In this document: positions 21,250 through 30,301 of the stretch, piece after piece
Numbering within the stretch: the stretch's first letter is position 1
Layout of the letters: each line of letters starts with the position of its first letter
NCBI GenBank assembly: GCA_965224705.1
Contig: OZ245056.1
Span: 672,001-736,000 of the forward strand
Direction of reading: 5' to 3'
DNA: 64,000 nucleotides
Source: Spirochaetaceae bacterium
GTDB lineage: Bacteria > Spirochaetota > Spirochaetia > DSM-2461
Translations under genes and position numbers: made by a program
Notes under the pieces: generated by a model
What the model was told of the DNA's origin: nothing
The model's database searches: none
What the model saw: only the letters and a program-made list of their open reading frames with translations

Positions 21250-21316
21250 AATTTCTCTTTTACTCTTCCTTCTCGACTTATACGGACGAGAAAGAAGGGG
21301 TTACAAACTACTAACT

Positions 21317-22111
21317 CTACTGAGCAGTAGTAATCTCATCCGATATCGGTGAGAGTGCACCATTTCCAGCAACACTGACTGCTACCACATAGATTTTATA
21401 AGCTGTACCAGGGGCCAAACCATCAATAGTTGCCGTTGTTTCTGCAGCATCAGCAGTTGGTGTTACACCGTCCTCAATGATTCGATTTGACCATTGCAGT
21501 GCCGCAGCAGTATTTGCCGGTTCATTAGTAGCTACAGAAGCTGAAGTAACAGCAATTATCTTATAGGAGGTAATCGCATCCGCTTCTAACATGTCACCAC
21601 CAGAAGCACCAAAACCCTCAGTAAGATGCTTAAATGTAACCTTTACTTCATTAGCAGCATTATCACCGGCAGCAACTGTTGCTTTTTCCGCAATCGCTCC
21701 TGGAGCGGCATCAGTTTGATAAGGGTATCCGCTCGCCTCTTCTGAAATATCACTTCCACCGGATGCACTGGCTGCCCTGATTTTAAAGAAATACTTTACA
21801 CCGGTCTTAAAGTTTGCTACGTCAAAAGTTGCTTTTGTCGCAGAACCATCTTCTACGAGCTCCATGCCTATGGTTGGTGTTTCTATAGAAAAACCTTCAG
21901 TATCGTCATAAAAAATGAGGTAGCCGCTGATTCCATCAAATGACGTTGGGGCTGTCCAGACTACTTTGACCTCTCTCTCTTTGGTTCCCTTCCCTACTGA
22001 TACAATGGATGGTGCCGTTGATGGCGCCGTCCCTGTTGGACAGCCTGTCAATGCAACAATTGATATCACAACGAGGGATGCAATCGCTATTCGATACAAT
22101 GTCTTTTTCAT
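21317..22111 (-). CDS. Lipoprotein with two fibronectin type III-like domains
   Basis: Lipobox LTGC. VVWTAP...GYLIFY...GVKYFFKIRA and IDGLAPGTAYKIYVVAVS are FN3 patterns. Strong AAGGAG RBS. Confidence 0.85.
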   Translation of the reverse strand: MKKTLYRIAIASLVVISIVALTGCPTGTAPSTAPSIVSVGKGTKEREVKVVWTAPTSFDGISGYLIFYDDTEGFSIETPTIGMELVEDGSATKATFDVANFKTGVKYFFKIRAASASGGSDISEEASGYPYQTDAAPGAIAEKATVAAGDNAANEVKVTFKHLTEGFGASGGDMLEADAITSYKIIAVTSASVATNEPANTAAALQWSNRIIEDGVTPTADAAETTATIDGLAPGTAYKIYVVAVSVAGNGALSPISDEITTAQ

Positions 22112-22169
22112 ATTTTCTCCTTAAGATTCATGAATTTTCAAGTTCTCACTCTTATGAACTTTGAAGCCA

Positions 22170-22198
22170 ATGCTACAAAACGCCTTTTATTCTGTCAA
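22170..22198 (-). promoter_or_regulatory. Sigma70-type promoter of the FN3 lipoprotein gene
   Basis: TTGACA-17 nt-TAGCAT on the minus strand. Confidence 0.65.
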
Positions 22199-22226
22199 CA
22201 AAAAAGGCGGTGATCAGGATGGCTGT

Positions 22227-22775
22227 TTAATCATTCCGGGTGTAGAAAATCAGCCGCGATTGCCCATATCGTCTCTTATCACAGAATTCCAACTCAGTGA
22301 AGCGGCAAGGAAGTGTATCCTTAAAGGGATAATGGAGAACGAGGACTCCTCCTTTTGCCGGTTGGTCGGCCTTTTCTGCCAGTTCCAGAAGCCTCTCCTT
22401 CTTCTTCATTGCAAAGGGGGGATCTAAAAACACCAGATCAAACCTTTCCATGCCCTCCCTGAGAAAACTCTCGACTGACTGTATTCTTAGCATACTCCGT
22501 GCCTGGCGCGAATCTTCAGCGGCGATTTCAAGATTTTTTAGTATCACTGATCGTTTTTTTCCATCTTTTTCTACAAGAAGGGCTTTTTTCGCACCCCGGC
22601 TCAGTGCCTCAAGGGCCATGATTCCCGATCCGGCAAATAAATCCAGAAATGAAAGACCATGAATATCCCCCAGTATGGAAAACAGGGACTCCCGCATTCG
22701 ATCCATGGCGGGACGAATTATACCCGAAGGACAGGCTGCAATTCTTCCTCTATAACGGCCGCCCGTAATTCTCAA
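22227..22775 (-). CDS. rsmD: 16S rRNA m2G966 methyltransferase
   Basis: RITGG..RGR, RPAMDRMRESLF, LDLFAGSG, EALSRGA and FLDPPF. Confidence 0.92.
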   Translation of the reverse strand: MRITGGRYRGRIAACPSGIIRPAMDRMRESLFSILGDIHGLSFLDLFAGSGIMALEALSRGAKKALLVEKDGKKRSVILKNLEIAAEDSRQARSMLRIQSVESFLREGMERFDLVFLDPPFAMKKKERLLELAEKADQPAKGGVLVLHYPFKDTLPCRFTELEFCDKRRYGQSRLIFYTRND

Positions 22776-24847
22776 AGGGTACTCAACAGGTTTTCATCGA
22801 ATGGGGGATATTTCTCAAAGAGTTCTCTGAAATCTCCATGTCTCTCCTCCTTGAGTTCCGGATCCTCCCTGAGAACGGCCCGGGCATCTTTCCGGGCATC
22901 CAGAAGGACTTGCAGATCCCGAACTGGATCAGCAATGGCCAATCGTAGAAAACCCGATTGCCGCACACCAGCCATGTCGCCGGGTCCGCGGATCTTGAGA
23001 TCTTCCTCAGCAAGGATGAAACCATCGCTGATCTTCTTCATCGTCATCAATCTGGCCTTGCCCTCCATAGTAAGCGGTTCGCTGTACACAAGGAAGCAGT
23101 AGGACGGCCTGTTTCCCCGCCCTACCCTGCCCCGAAGCTGGTGGAGTGCCGAAAGGCCGAAGCATTCCGCATGCTCAACAACCATACATGTCGCCTCAGC
23201 AACATCCACACCCACCTCCACAACACTGGTTGCCGCAATATAATCCAGAAGCCCGTCCCGGAAATCAGTCATAATTCCTTTTTTTTCATCTTCATCGATA
23301 CGGGAATGTATGATAGCTCCCTTGAATTCAGGAAAAATCTGTGTTTTTAAGTGATCGAACATGTTTTCCGCATCCTTGAGATTCGTTTTCTCCGATTCTT
23401 CAATCAGTGGATACACAAAATAGGCACGATTTCCGGCAGCAAGTTCCCGGCGGACAAATTCATACACCTTCGTTTCATTCCCAATCCGGGCTAAATGGGT
23501 TTCTATGGGGAATCTGCCTCCGGGCATGGTTCTAATACTGCTCACATCCATATCACCGAAGGCGGTCAGGGTCAGTGTTCGGGGAATGGGTGTGGCCGAC
23601 ATGGCCAGTATATCTGGAGATTGACCCTTCTCCGCCAGGGCACGGCGCTGTCCGACGCCGAATCGCTGCTGCTCGTCAATGATGACCAGAGCCAGGTCCT
23701 TGAATACAACTCCAGAACTGAAAAGGGCATGCGTACCGATAACTAGATCAATTTCCCCGGCAGCCAGAGCATCAGTGAGGGAACGCCTTGAAGAAGCGTT
23801 AAGCTCTCCTGCCAGAAATGCGGATCGCACGCCCAGCGGCTGCATGAGGCGGGCAGCATTGTCGGCATGCTGTCTGGCCAACAGTTCCGTTGGTGCCATG
23901 AATGCCGCCTGACGGCCTTCTCCGATAACACCCAGACTGGCAGTGAAAGCCACCAGTGTTTTCCCTGAGCCAACTTCACCCTGAAGCAGCCGGAGCATGG
24001 GGCCAGGACGTTTGAAGTCCTCGATAATGTCTTTTATTGCATTTTCCTGATCGGTGGTAAGAGAAAAGGGAAGGGTTTTCCTGAACCTGTCAGGCAAATC
24101 CTCATTCCAGGGGCGGGGAGTGGACGGGAAATCATTCGATGAAATGTGCCGCCTGGCAACAGCTATTTGAAGATGAAACAGCTCTTCATAGATAAGAGCA
24201 TTGCGGGCGCGGGACGCTTCCTCCATCGTTGCCGGAAAGTGGACATCCCTGACGTATTCAGCTTTGCCCTTGAATTTTTTCGCATGGATTATTTCCGGCG
24301 GGAGTTCATTACGGAGATTGAATGCGTATCGTGCTATGACAGATTTTAAAACCTTTCTCATGAGTCCCTGAGTCAGATTGCCCCCAAGTCGATAGACGGG
24401 CTGAATCAGGTTGAATTCCTTCGAGAGAGCCTTCATTGCAAGATCTTCAAAAACAAATGATCCGGATTGAATCTCACCATATTTGTTACGCATAAATGGC
24501 CCTGTAACTCGGATCATTGTGCCGGGAGGTAGTTTTCTTGCCAGATAATTCCTTCCGTAACAAAGCATTGATGCTGTTTCTGATTCATCTCTAATGAGAA
24601 TCTTAAGTGCCAGTCCATTTTTCCAGTGGAACATATCATGGGAAATCACCTCGGCAACAGTCACAGCAGGTTTCTGAGTGGAAGACTGAGCCAGAGATAC
24701 AGGAGTGATTCGATCAATGTAGCGGACTGGATAATGCCGGATGAGCTGGGCAATATTGAAGATACCCAGTTTACCGAGACTCTGGACAGATGCCGATCCA
24801 ATGCCTTCAAGATCAGATACTGGAAAGGTTAATTCTCCGGAAAACAA
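22772..24847 (-). CDS. recG: ATP-dependent DNA helicase RecG
   Basis: RLLQGEVGSGKT, MAPTELLARQH, DEQQRFG, MSATPIPRT, LHQLRGRVGRG and DLKIRGPG. Confidence 0.95.
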   Translation of the reverse strand: MFSGELTFPVSDLEGIGSASVQSLGKLGIFNIAQLIRHYPVRYIDRITPVSLAQSSTQKPAVTVAEVISHDMFHWKNGLALKILIRDESETASMLCYGRNYLARKLPPGTMIRVTGPFMRNKYGEIQSGSFVFEDLAMKALSKEFNLIQPVYRLGGNLTQGLMRKVLKSVIARYAFNLRNELPPEIIHAKKFKGKAEYVRDVHFPATMEEASRARNALIYEELFHLQIAVARRHISSNDFPSTPRPWNEDLPDRFRKTLPFSLTTDQENAIKDIIEDFKRPGPMLRLLQGEVGSGKTLVAFTASLGVIGEGRQAAFMAPTELLARQHADNAARLMQPLGVRSAFLAGELNASSRRSLTDALAAGEIDLVIGTHALFSSGVVFKDLALVIIDEQQRFGVGQRRALAEKGQSPDILAMSATPIPRTLTLTAFGDMDVSSIRTMPGGRFPIETHLARIGNETKVYEFVRRELAAGNRAYFVYPLIEESEKTNLKDAENMFDHLKTQIFPEFKGAIIHSRIDEDEKKGIMTDFRDGLLDYIAATSVVEVGVDVAEATCMVVEHAECFGLSALHQLRGRVGRGNRPSYCFLVYSEPLTMEGKARLMTMKKISDGFILAEEDLKIRGPGDMAGVRQSGFLRLAIADPVRDLQVLLDARKDARAVLREDPELKEERHGDFRELFEKYPPFDENLLSTL

Positions 24848-24854
24848 TTTCTTG

Positions 24855-25448
24855 TCAGAGCTGCATCAGCAGCGGATAAACAAACCGGTTTAAGAGTTGA
24901 TCAATTAGAATTCTGGCTCCAATCAAACTCACAGCACTGACAGCCAGGGCGATTGGGTAAGTAACAGTGCGTTTTGTAAATAGACCGACAATCTTTGAAA
25001 CCTGCGGAAACAGGAAGGTATCCAATCGGGTTGTCCAGTTTGAGTGTTCTTTCTTTATATATAAAAAAACAAGGCGGATTATCATTATGATACCAAGCAG
25101 GGTAGCAAGAAAGGCAATCAATCCCCAGATCAACTGGACAGCTATGACGATCAGTTCACCCGCACCGGGTAATCCGCCAGCGGAAAGCCGCTGCGTTATG
25201 TAGAGGAGGAAACTCAGCAATGCGAGTCCCAGCACGGGGGAGAAATCAAACATGCCGAATCTTAGCCAGGATATTCCCTTGAATCGGCTCATGTAGGGAT
25301 CCGTCATCCTGTTGATGAAGGCCCGAATCGGCATTGTTCCTCCGGAACTGTCAGGTATCCAGCTCAAAACGACACGGATCATGATCAATAGAAAGTACAA
25401 CATGAGAAATGCACTTAGAATGCGCATGGATAATTGAAAAAAATCCAC
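24855..25448 (-). CDS. YggT family membrane protein
   Basis: RVVLSW...TDPY...FDFSP motif; hydrophobic. Confidence 0.8.
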   Translation of the reverse strand: MDFFQLSMRILSAFLMLYFLLIMIRVVLSWIPDSSGGTMPIRAFINRMTDPYMSRFKGISWLRFGMFDFSPVLGLALLSFLLYITQRLSAGGLPGAGELIVIAVQLIWGLIAFLATLLGIIMIIRLVFLYIKKEHSNWTTRLDTFLFPQVSKIVGLFTKRTVTYPIALAVSAVSLIGARILIDQLLNRFVYPLLMQL

Positions 25449-25454
25449 TCTGAA

Positions 25455-28400
25455 TTACTCCTTCCATGCTGCGGCAACAGCACTGTTATTCTGAATCTGC
25501 TCAAGGCTTGAGTCGTCCACAGCCAGTGTGAGATGTTTCGATGCCTTAACTATTCTCCGCCCGCCGTTCTCCGGTACATGCAGGTATAACTGTCCCGGAC
25601 CCGGAAAATCCTGTATGAACGTCCGAAAATCAATCAGGGTTTCCTCACTGCAGCTCATATCGGCCAGTTCTACATGTATATCGGGAAAATCGGCCGCTTT
25701 GAGTTTTTCAGGCTTCATTACTTCGGCTACCTTTATACTGGGATTACTGCTGTTATTATCCACACAACCAATAATGCCGACAACGGTATCCTCTACCAGA
25801 AGAGACTCATAGTCTTTCAGTGTTTTGCTGAAAACAACAAGTTTTACAGTTCCATTGTAATCATCAAGCTCTGCTGCAGCCATTTTTTGTTTTCTTCGTG
25901 TGTACGAAAAGCGGACATTTCGCAGCAGCCCCAGGATTGTATAAGTCTTTGAATTCAGTGCTGAATCAAATCGGCTGAGATTCAGATTAACGGCCTTTTC
26001 CCAGACCTTCCGGTATGGATCCAGAGGATGCCCGGAGACATAGAGTCCCAGTGTCTCTTTTTCCCGGGCAAGAAGTTCACTGGAAGACCATGCCTCAACT
26101 TTTTCATATTGAAAACTCGCTTCCATATTATCATCCATATCATCAAAGAGGGATCCCTGTCCCAGCTGATCGTTTTTTCTTTTTCTCGACACTATTTCCA
26201 GCATTCTATCGACATTGTGAAGCAGGGTTGCTCTATTGTGCTTTTCGATGGGATCAAATAATCCAGAGAGGATGCTGGCCTCCAGTACTTTTCGGTTGAG
26301 TGCTTTCGAATCCACTTTCTCAAGGAAGTCGGCCAGGCTTAAAAATCTGCCTTTCGTCTCTCTGGCCTCAATAATGGCTCTAACCGATGCTTCACCCATG
26401 CCCTTAATGCCTTTTAATCCATAGATTATCTGATCATTGGATACAGTGAAAATCACTTCTGACCGATTCACATCGGGTGCCAGAAGTTTGATGCCGTCAG
26501 CTCTCGCATAATTCAGATACAGTTTTAAAGAATCCGCATCGTTTATCTCATTTGTAAGGTTGGCAGCCCAGAATTCAGCGGGAAAGTTGATCTTGCAGTA
26601 CGCTGTTTTGTAGGCAATTATTGAATAGGCGGCAGCATGGGACTTGTTGAATCCATAGTCTGCGAATGGTTCAAGTATCTCAAATATGCGCCTGGCCAGT
26701 TCAACTGAATAGCCTTTTTTTACAGCACCTTCAAGGAACTCTGATTTCAGTTTTGGCATTTCTTCTTTTTTCTTCTTACTCATCGCATTGCGGAGGATGT
26801 CTGCTTTTCCAAGACTGAAACCAGCAATGATCTGTGCAACCTTCATCACCTGTTCCTGGTAAACAATAACTCCGTAAGTAGGTTCAAGGATCTGTTTCAG
26901 GTCGGGATGAGGGTAGACAATCGTATTGCGGTTTCGCTTGGCAGCAGTGTATCGGGGGATGTTCTTCAAGGGACCTGGCCGATAGAGGGCATTCAAAGCA
27001 ATAAGGTCTTCTATACTCGATGGTTTGGCATCTCTTAGAACTCGCTGCATTCCCTGGCTTTCAAACTGAAAAATGGCCTCGCTATGCCCCTTGCTCAGCA
27101 TGGTGAACGTTTTTTCATCGTTTTCCGGAATCTGATCGAGATCAAAATCCGGTATCTTCTTCCGAATAAGCAGTTCACAATTCTTGAGCAAAGTCAGTGT
27201 TTTCAATCCAAGGAAATCCATTTTAACCAGGCCGCACTGCTCAATGATATCCATTGTATAAGCGGAGTTTACATCCCCTGTTTTAGAATCCTTATGAATG
27301 GGGACATAGTCCGTCAGGATCGACTGCCCGATAACCTGACCGCAGGCGTGGGTGGAGACATGCCTGTTCATACCTTCCAGGATTGAAGAGATTTTGAAAA
27401 GTTCTTCATAGACGCCGCCTCGTTCCCTGTATTTTTTCAGCTCAGGTGCTAGATCCAGTGCCCAACTGACGGACATTTTTTTCTTCTCGCCTCCAGGTAC
27501 ATTGTACTCGGCAGGGATTGGAGGAACGAGTTTGGAAATAGCATTGGCTTCATTAAATGGGATATCAAGTACCCGGGCCACATCTTTAAGAACGGCTCTG
27601 GTTTTCAGGGTTCCAAAGGTGCAGATTCCTGCGACATTGTCTCTGCCGTATTTGCTGTGAACATATTCGATAACTTCGTTTCGCCGTTCAAAGCAGAAAT
27701 CAATGTCAAAGTCCGGCATGCTGATTCGTTCAGGATTGAGGAATCGTTCAAAGAGGAGTCCGTATTTCAGCGGATCGATATCTGTGATTCTCAGGGAATA
27801 GGCAACAATACTTCCAGCTCCGGAACCACGCCCCGGTCCAACAGGGATGTCATGCTTTCTGGCCCAGTCAATGAAATCCCAGACGATGAGGAAGTAACCG
27901 GAATATCCCATATCGATAATCACCTTGAGTTCATAATCCAGTCTATCTTTTATTTTTTTCCACTCATCGGAATTCCTGTTCTCTGCATGGATTTCCGGAT
28001 AGCGCTCCTTAAGACCAGTTTCAGCGAGGTGCCTGAGACAGGATTCCGGACTGGAGTATTCCTTCGGTATATCATAGTGAGGAAGCAGGGGACCTGGTTT
28101 TGGAATTGTGAGATCACATTTCTCAGCCAGTTTCACTGTATTCTCAATCGCATCGGGAAAATCCGGGAAAAGATCCCTCATCTCCTCCTCTGTTTTGAAG
28201 TAGAATTCTGGATTCTCTGCCTTTAAACGTTTTTCTTCACTTTGTTTCTTTCCCGTAGCGATACAGATGAAAACATCGTGGGCATTGGCATGATCCCGGT
28301 TTAGAAAGTGAACATCGTTGGTGGCAATTATGGGAATGTCCGTTTCCTGGCTGAGACGGCGCATACCCTTTCGTACAATTTCCTCCTCTTCTATTCCATG

Positions 28401-28928
28401 GTTCATCACTTCCAGCCAGAAATTTCCCTCCCCGAAGAGGTCTCGATAATACAGGGATCTGGACTTTGCTTTTTCCCAGTCGCCATTGAATACAGCCCGG
28501 GGTATCTCTCCGCTGAGACAGGCAGCCGACGCCATCAATCCTTCATGGTGCAATTCAAGCAGTTCATCATCAATGCGCGGACGGTAAAAAAAACCCTCCA
28601 GGAACCCTTTTGAAGTGAGCAGCATGAGGTTGCGGTATCCCTCTTCGTTCTTTGCGTACAGTACAAGGTGATGATTCTTCGGACCGCTGCCCGGTCTGGC
28701 GAATCGGCTTCCGACAGCAACGTACACTTCACATCCGATCACAGGATTCAGTCCCTTTGCCCGACATTCCCTTTCAAAATGTATGGCTCCAGACATGTTG
28801 CCATGGTCGGTAAGAGCAACATGTTGCATACCCAGTTCCGAGGCTCTTTGAGCATAATCCCTGATGCGGCATGCTCCATCCAGCAATGAGTAATCCGAAT
28901 GATTGTGAAGGTGGACAAATCCGCTCAT
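25455..28928 (-). CDS. dnaE: DNA polymerase III alpha subunit
   Basis: HLHNHSDYSLLDG PHP domain, GPGRGSGAGS, PDFDIDF, KMDFLGL and YGFNKSH. Confidence 0.97.
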   Translation of the reverse strand: MSGFVHLHNHSDYSLLDGACRIRDYAQRASELGMQHVALTDHGNMSGAIHFERECRAKGLNPVIGCEVYVAVGSRFARPGSGPKNHHLVLYAKNEEGYRNLMLLTSKGFLEGFFYRPRIDDELLELHHEGLMASAACLSGEIPRAVFNGDWEKAKSRSLYYRDLFGEGNFWLEVMNHGIEEEEIVRKGMRRLSQETDIPIIATNDVHFLNRDHANAHDVFICIATGKKQSEEKRLKAENPEFYFKTEEEMRDLFPDFPDAIENTVKLAEKCDLTIPKPGPLLPHYDIPKEYSSPESCLRHLAETGLKERYPEIHAENRNSDEWKKIKDRLDYELKVIIDMGYSGYFLIVWDFIDWARKHDIPVGPGRGSGAGSIVAYSLRITDIDPLKYGLLFERFLNPERISMPDFDIDFCFERRNEVIEYVHSKYGRDNVAGICTFGTLKTRAVLKDVARVLDIPFNEANAISKLVPPIPAEYNVPGGEKKKMSVSWALDLAPELKKYRERGGVYEELFKISSILEGMNRHVSTHACGQVIGQSILTDYVPIHKDSKTGDVNSAYTMDIIEQCGLVKMDFLGLKTLTLLKNCELLIRKKIPDFDLDQIPENDEKTFTMLSKGHSEAIFQFESQGMQRVLRDAKPSSIEDLIALNALYRPGPLKNIPRYTAAKRNRNTIVYPHPDLKQILEPTYGVIVYQEQVMKVAQIIAGFSLGKADILRNAMSKKKKEEMPKLKSEFLEGAVKKGYSVELARRIFEILEPFADYGFNKSHAAAYSIIAYKTAYCKINFPAEFWAANLTNEINDADSLKLYLNYARADGIKLLAPDVNRSEVIFTVSNDQIIYGLKGIKGMGEASVRAIIEARETKGRFLSLADFLEKVDSKALNRKVLEASILSGLFDPIEKHNRATLLHNVDRMLEIVSRKRKNDQLGQGSLFDDMDDNMEASFQYEKVEAWSSSELLAREKETLGLYVSGHPLDPYRKVWEKAVNLNLSRFDSALNSKTYTILGLLRNVRFSYTRRKQKMAAAELDDYNGTVKLVVFSKTLKDYESLLVEDTVVGIIGCVDNNSSNPSIKVAEVMKPEKLKAADFPDIHVELADMSCSEETLIDFRTFIQDFPGPGQLYLHVPENGGRRIVKASKHLTLAVDDSSLEQIQNNSAVAAAWKE

Positions 28929-28977
28929 GGAACCCTCCCCATACAATGATAAGCAAGGAATGAAAGTCTGTCACCCA

Positions 28978-29832
28978 TTATTGAGAAGCTCTGGAGAAGA
29001 ATCCTTGAACAAGTTCCAGAGTGGTCTTCCTGTCATAGGGAAAACGATCCTGAAAGAGACTCATTCGGTTCAATGCCTCATTGAGGTTCTGTCTATCCTT
29101 ATCGGTGAAGGGAAGGGTGCGTCCCACCATGGCCGCTTCCAGTTCCAGATCATACTGGATGCCGATTTCTTCGTTGAATACGGCCATTCGAAACTCTGTG
29201 ACGATGCCATTGTCAACACGGGCAAGGGCACAGAAGATAAAAAACCTTTCTTCATCGGTACCGGGCTGGATTTTTACATATTTTCCAATGTTCCATGGAC
29301 TGGTTGGAATACTGATTCGGGTGATAAGCCCTTCACGATGCAGATTGCTGGTGATGTGATGAATACCTGCCAGAGGAATTTTCTGACTCCTCGGACTTGA
29401 TTCAATACGATGAAATATTTTCCGCTGAGACCGGATTTCAACTTTGGCATCCAGAATTCTCAGTAAGGGGAGAAGGTCACCTGACTTCCCTTTCTGGGCG
29501 AGATGTCCCCCGATGGTGGCTTGAGAACGGATGGGCAGCACCGCTATTCTGCCGATGGCATCCTGTAATATGGGAATAGGAAGCTTATGCCCAATCTCTG
29601 CGAGTCGATCCAGTGTTGTCATGGCTCCAATTTCAAGGGAATGTTCGGTACGGATTGCCCGGTGCAGCTCTTCAATGCCTGAAAGCACAATCAATGCTTC
29701 CGGAGCCTTCCTTGAATGAAACGTTGTACCTCCAGCCCAGTATTCCGCATCGGGGTTTCTGGCGGCCATTCCCAGAGCTTCACTGATCGTTTGAGGAAAG
29801 CTCAGAAGGGGAGTTTTTCTATCAGCCTGCAC
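28978..29832 (-). CDS. FAD-binding subunit of a xanthine dehydrogenase/CoxM-like complex; divergent
   Basis: WAGGT, IGAMTTL, IRSQATIGGH and GDL. Confidence 0.75.
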   Translation of the reverse strand: MQADRKTPLLSFPQTISEALGMAARNPDAEYWAGGTTFHSRKAPEALIVLSGIEELHRAIRTEHSLEIGAMTTLDRLAEIGHKLPIPILQDAIGRIAVLPIRSQATIGGHLAQKGKSGDLLPLLRILDAKVEIRSQRKIFHRIESSPRSQKIPLAGIHHITSNLHREGLITRISIPTSPWNIGKYVKIQPGTDEERFFIFCALARVDNGIVTEFRMAVFNEEIGIQYDLELEAAMVGRTLPFTDKDRQNLNEALNRMSLFQDRFPYDRKTTLELVQGFFSRASQ

Positions 29833-30301
29833 TTAATCTCCTCTTGCGTTTCTCTGCGGAAAGTCTCATCGCACGGAGAATCCGCGGAGTTGCTGTACAA
29901 TCACATGCAGTGGATGTCAATGCCTCCAGGATCTCTTCCGTGGAGGGATGGAGGGTGTGCCGCAGCAGGGATTCTGTCGCAATAGCTCGTGCCGGGGCAC
30001 AATTGCTGCACAGCAGGGCATTGCTTTCCTTGAATCCGGCAAGAATGTCATTAAAGCCTTCCCGGGCTGCAATTCCTTCTATCGTCCAGACATCCCTGGA
30101 CTGTAAATCAAAGATCGGGCGAATGCAGGCAAGATTTGGTCGGTTGTCAACCAGTATGAAACAGGAACCCCACTGCATACGACGGCATTGGGATCGCAGG
30201 GAATAACAGTTGTATTCATCAGTCAGCACTTCAATACACAGCCGATGAGGATCAACATCTTTGCTGACGGAGCGTCCATTGAGATGGAAGGAAACTATCA
30301 T
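29822..30301 (-). CDS. (2Fe-2S) subunit of a xanthine dehydrogenase/CoxS-like complex; divergent
   Basis: FHLNG start, CRRMQWGSC...LAC, TIEG and CSNC...CDC. Start placed at ATG 30301, overlapping the upstream stop. Confidence 0.75.
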   Translation of the reverse strand: MIVSFHLNGRSVSKDVDPHRLCIEVLTDEYNCYSLRSQCRRMQWGSCFILVDNRPNLACIRPIFDLQSRDVWTIEGIAAREGFNDILAGFKESNALLCSNCAPARAIATESLLRHTLHPSTEEILEALTSTACDCTATPRILRAMRLSAEKRKRRLSAG

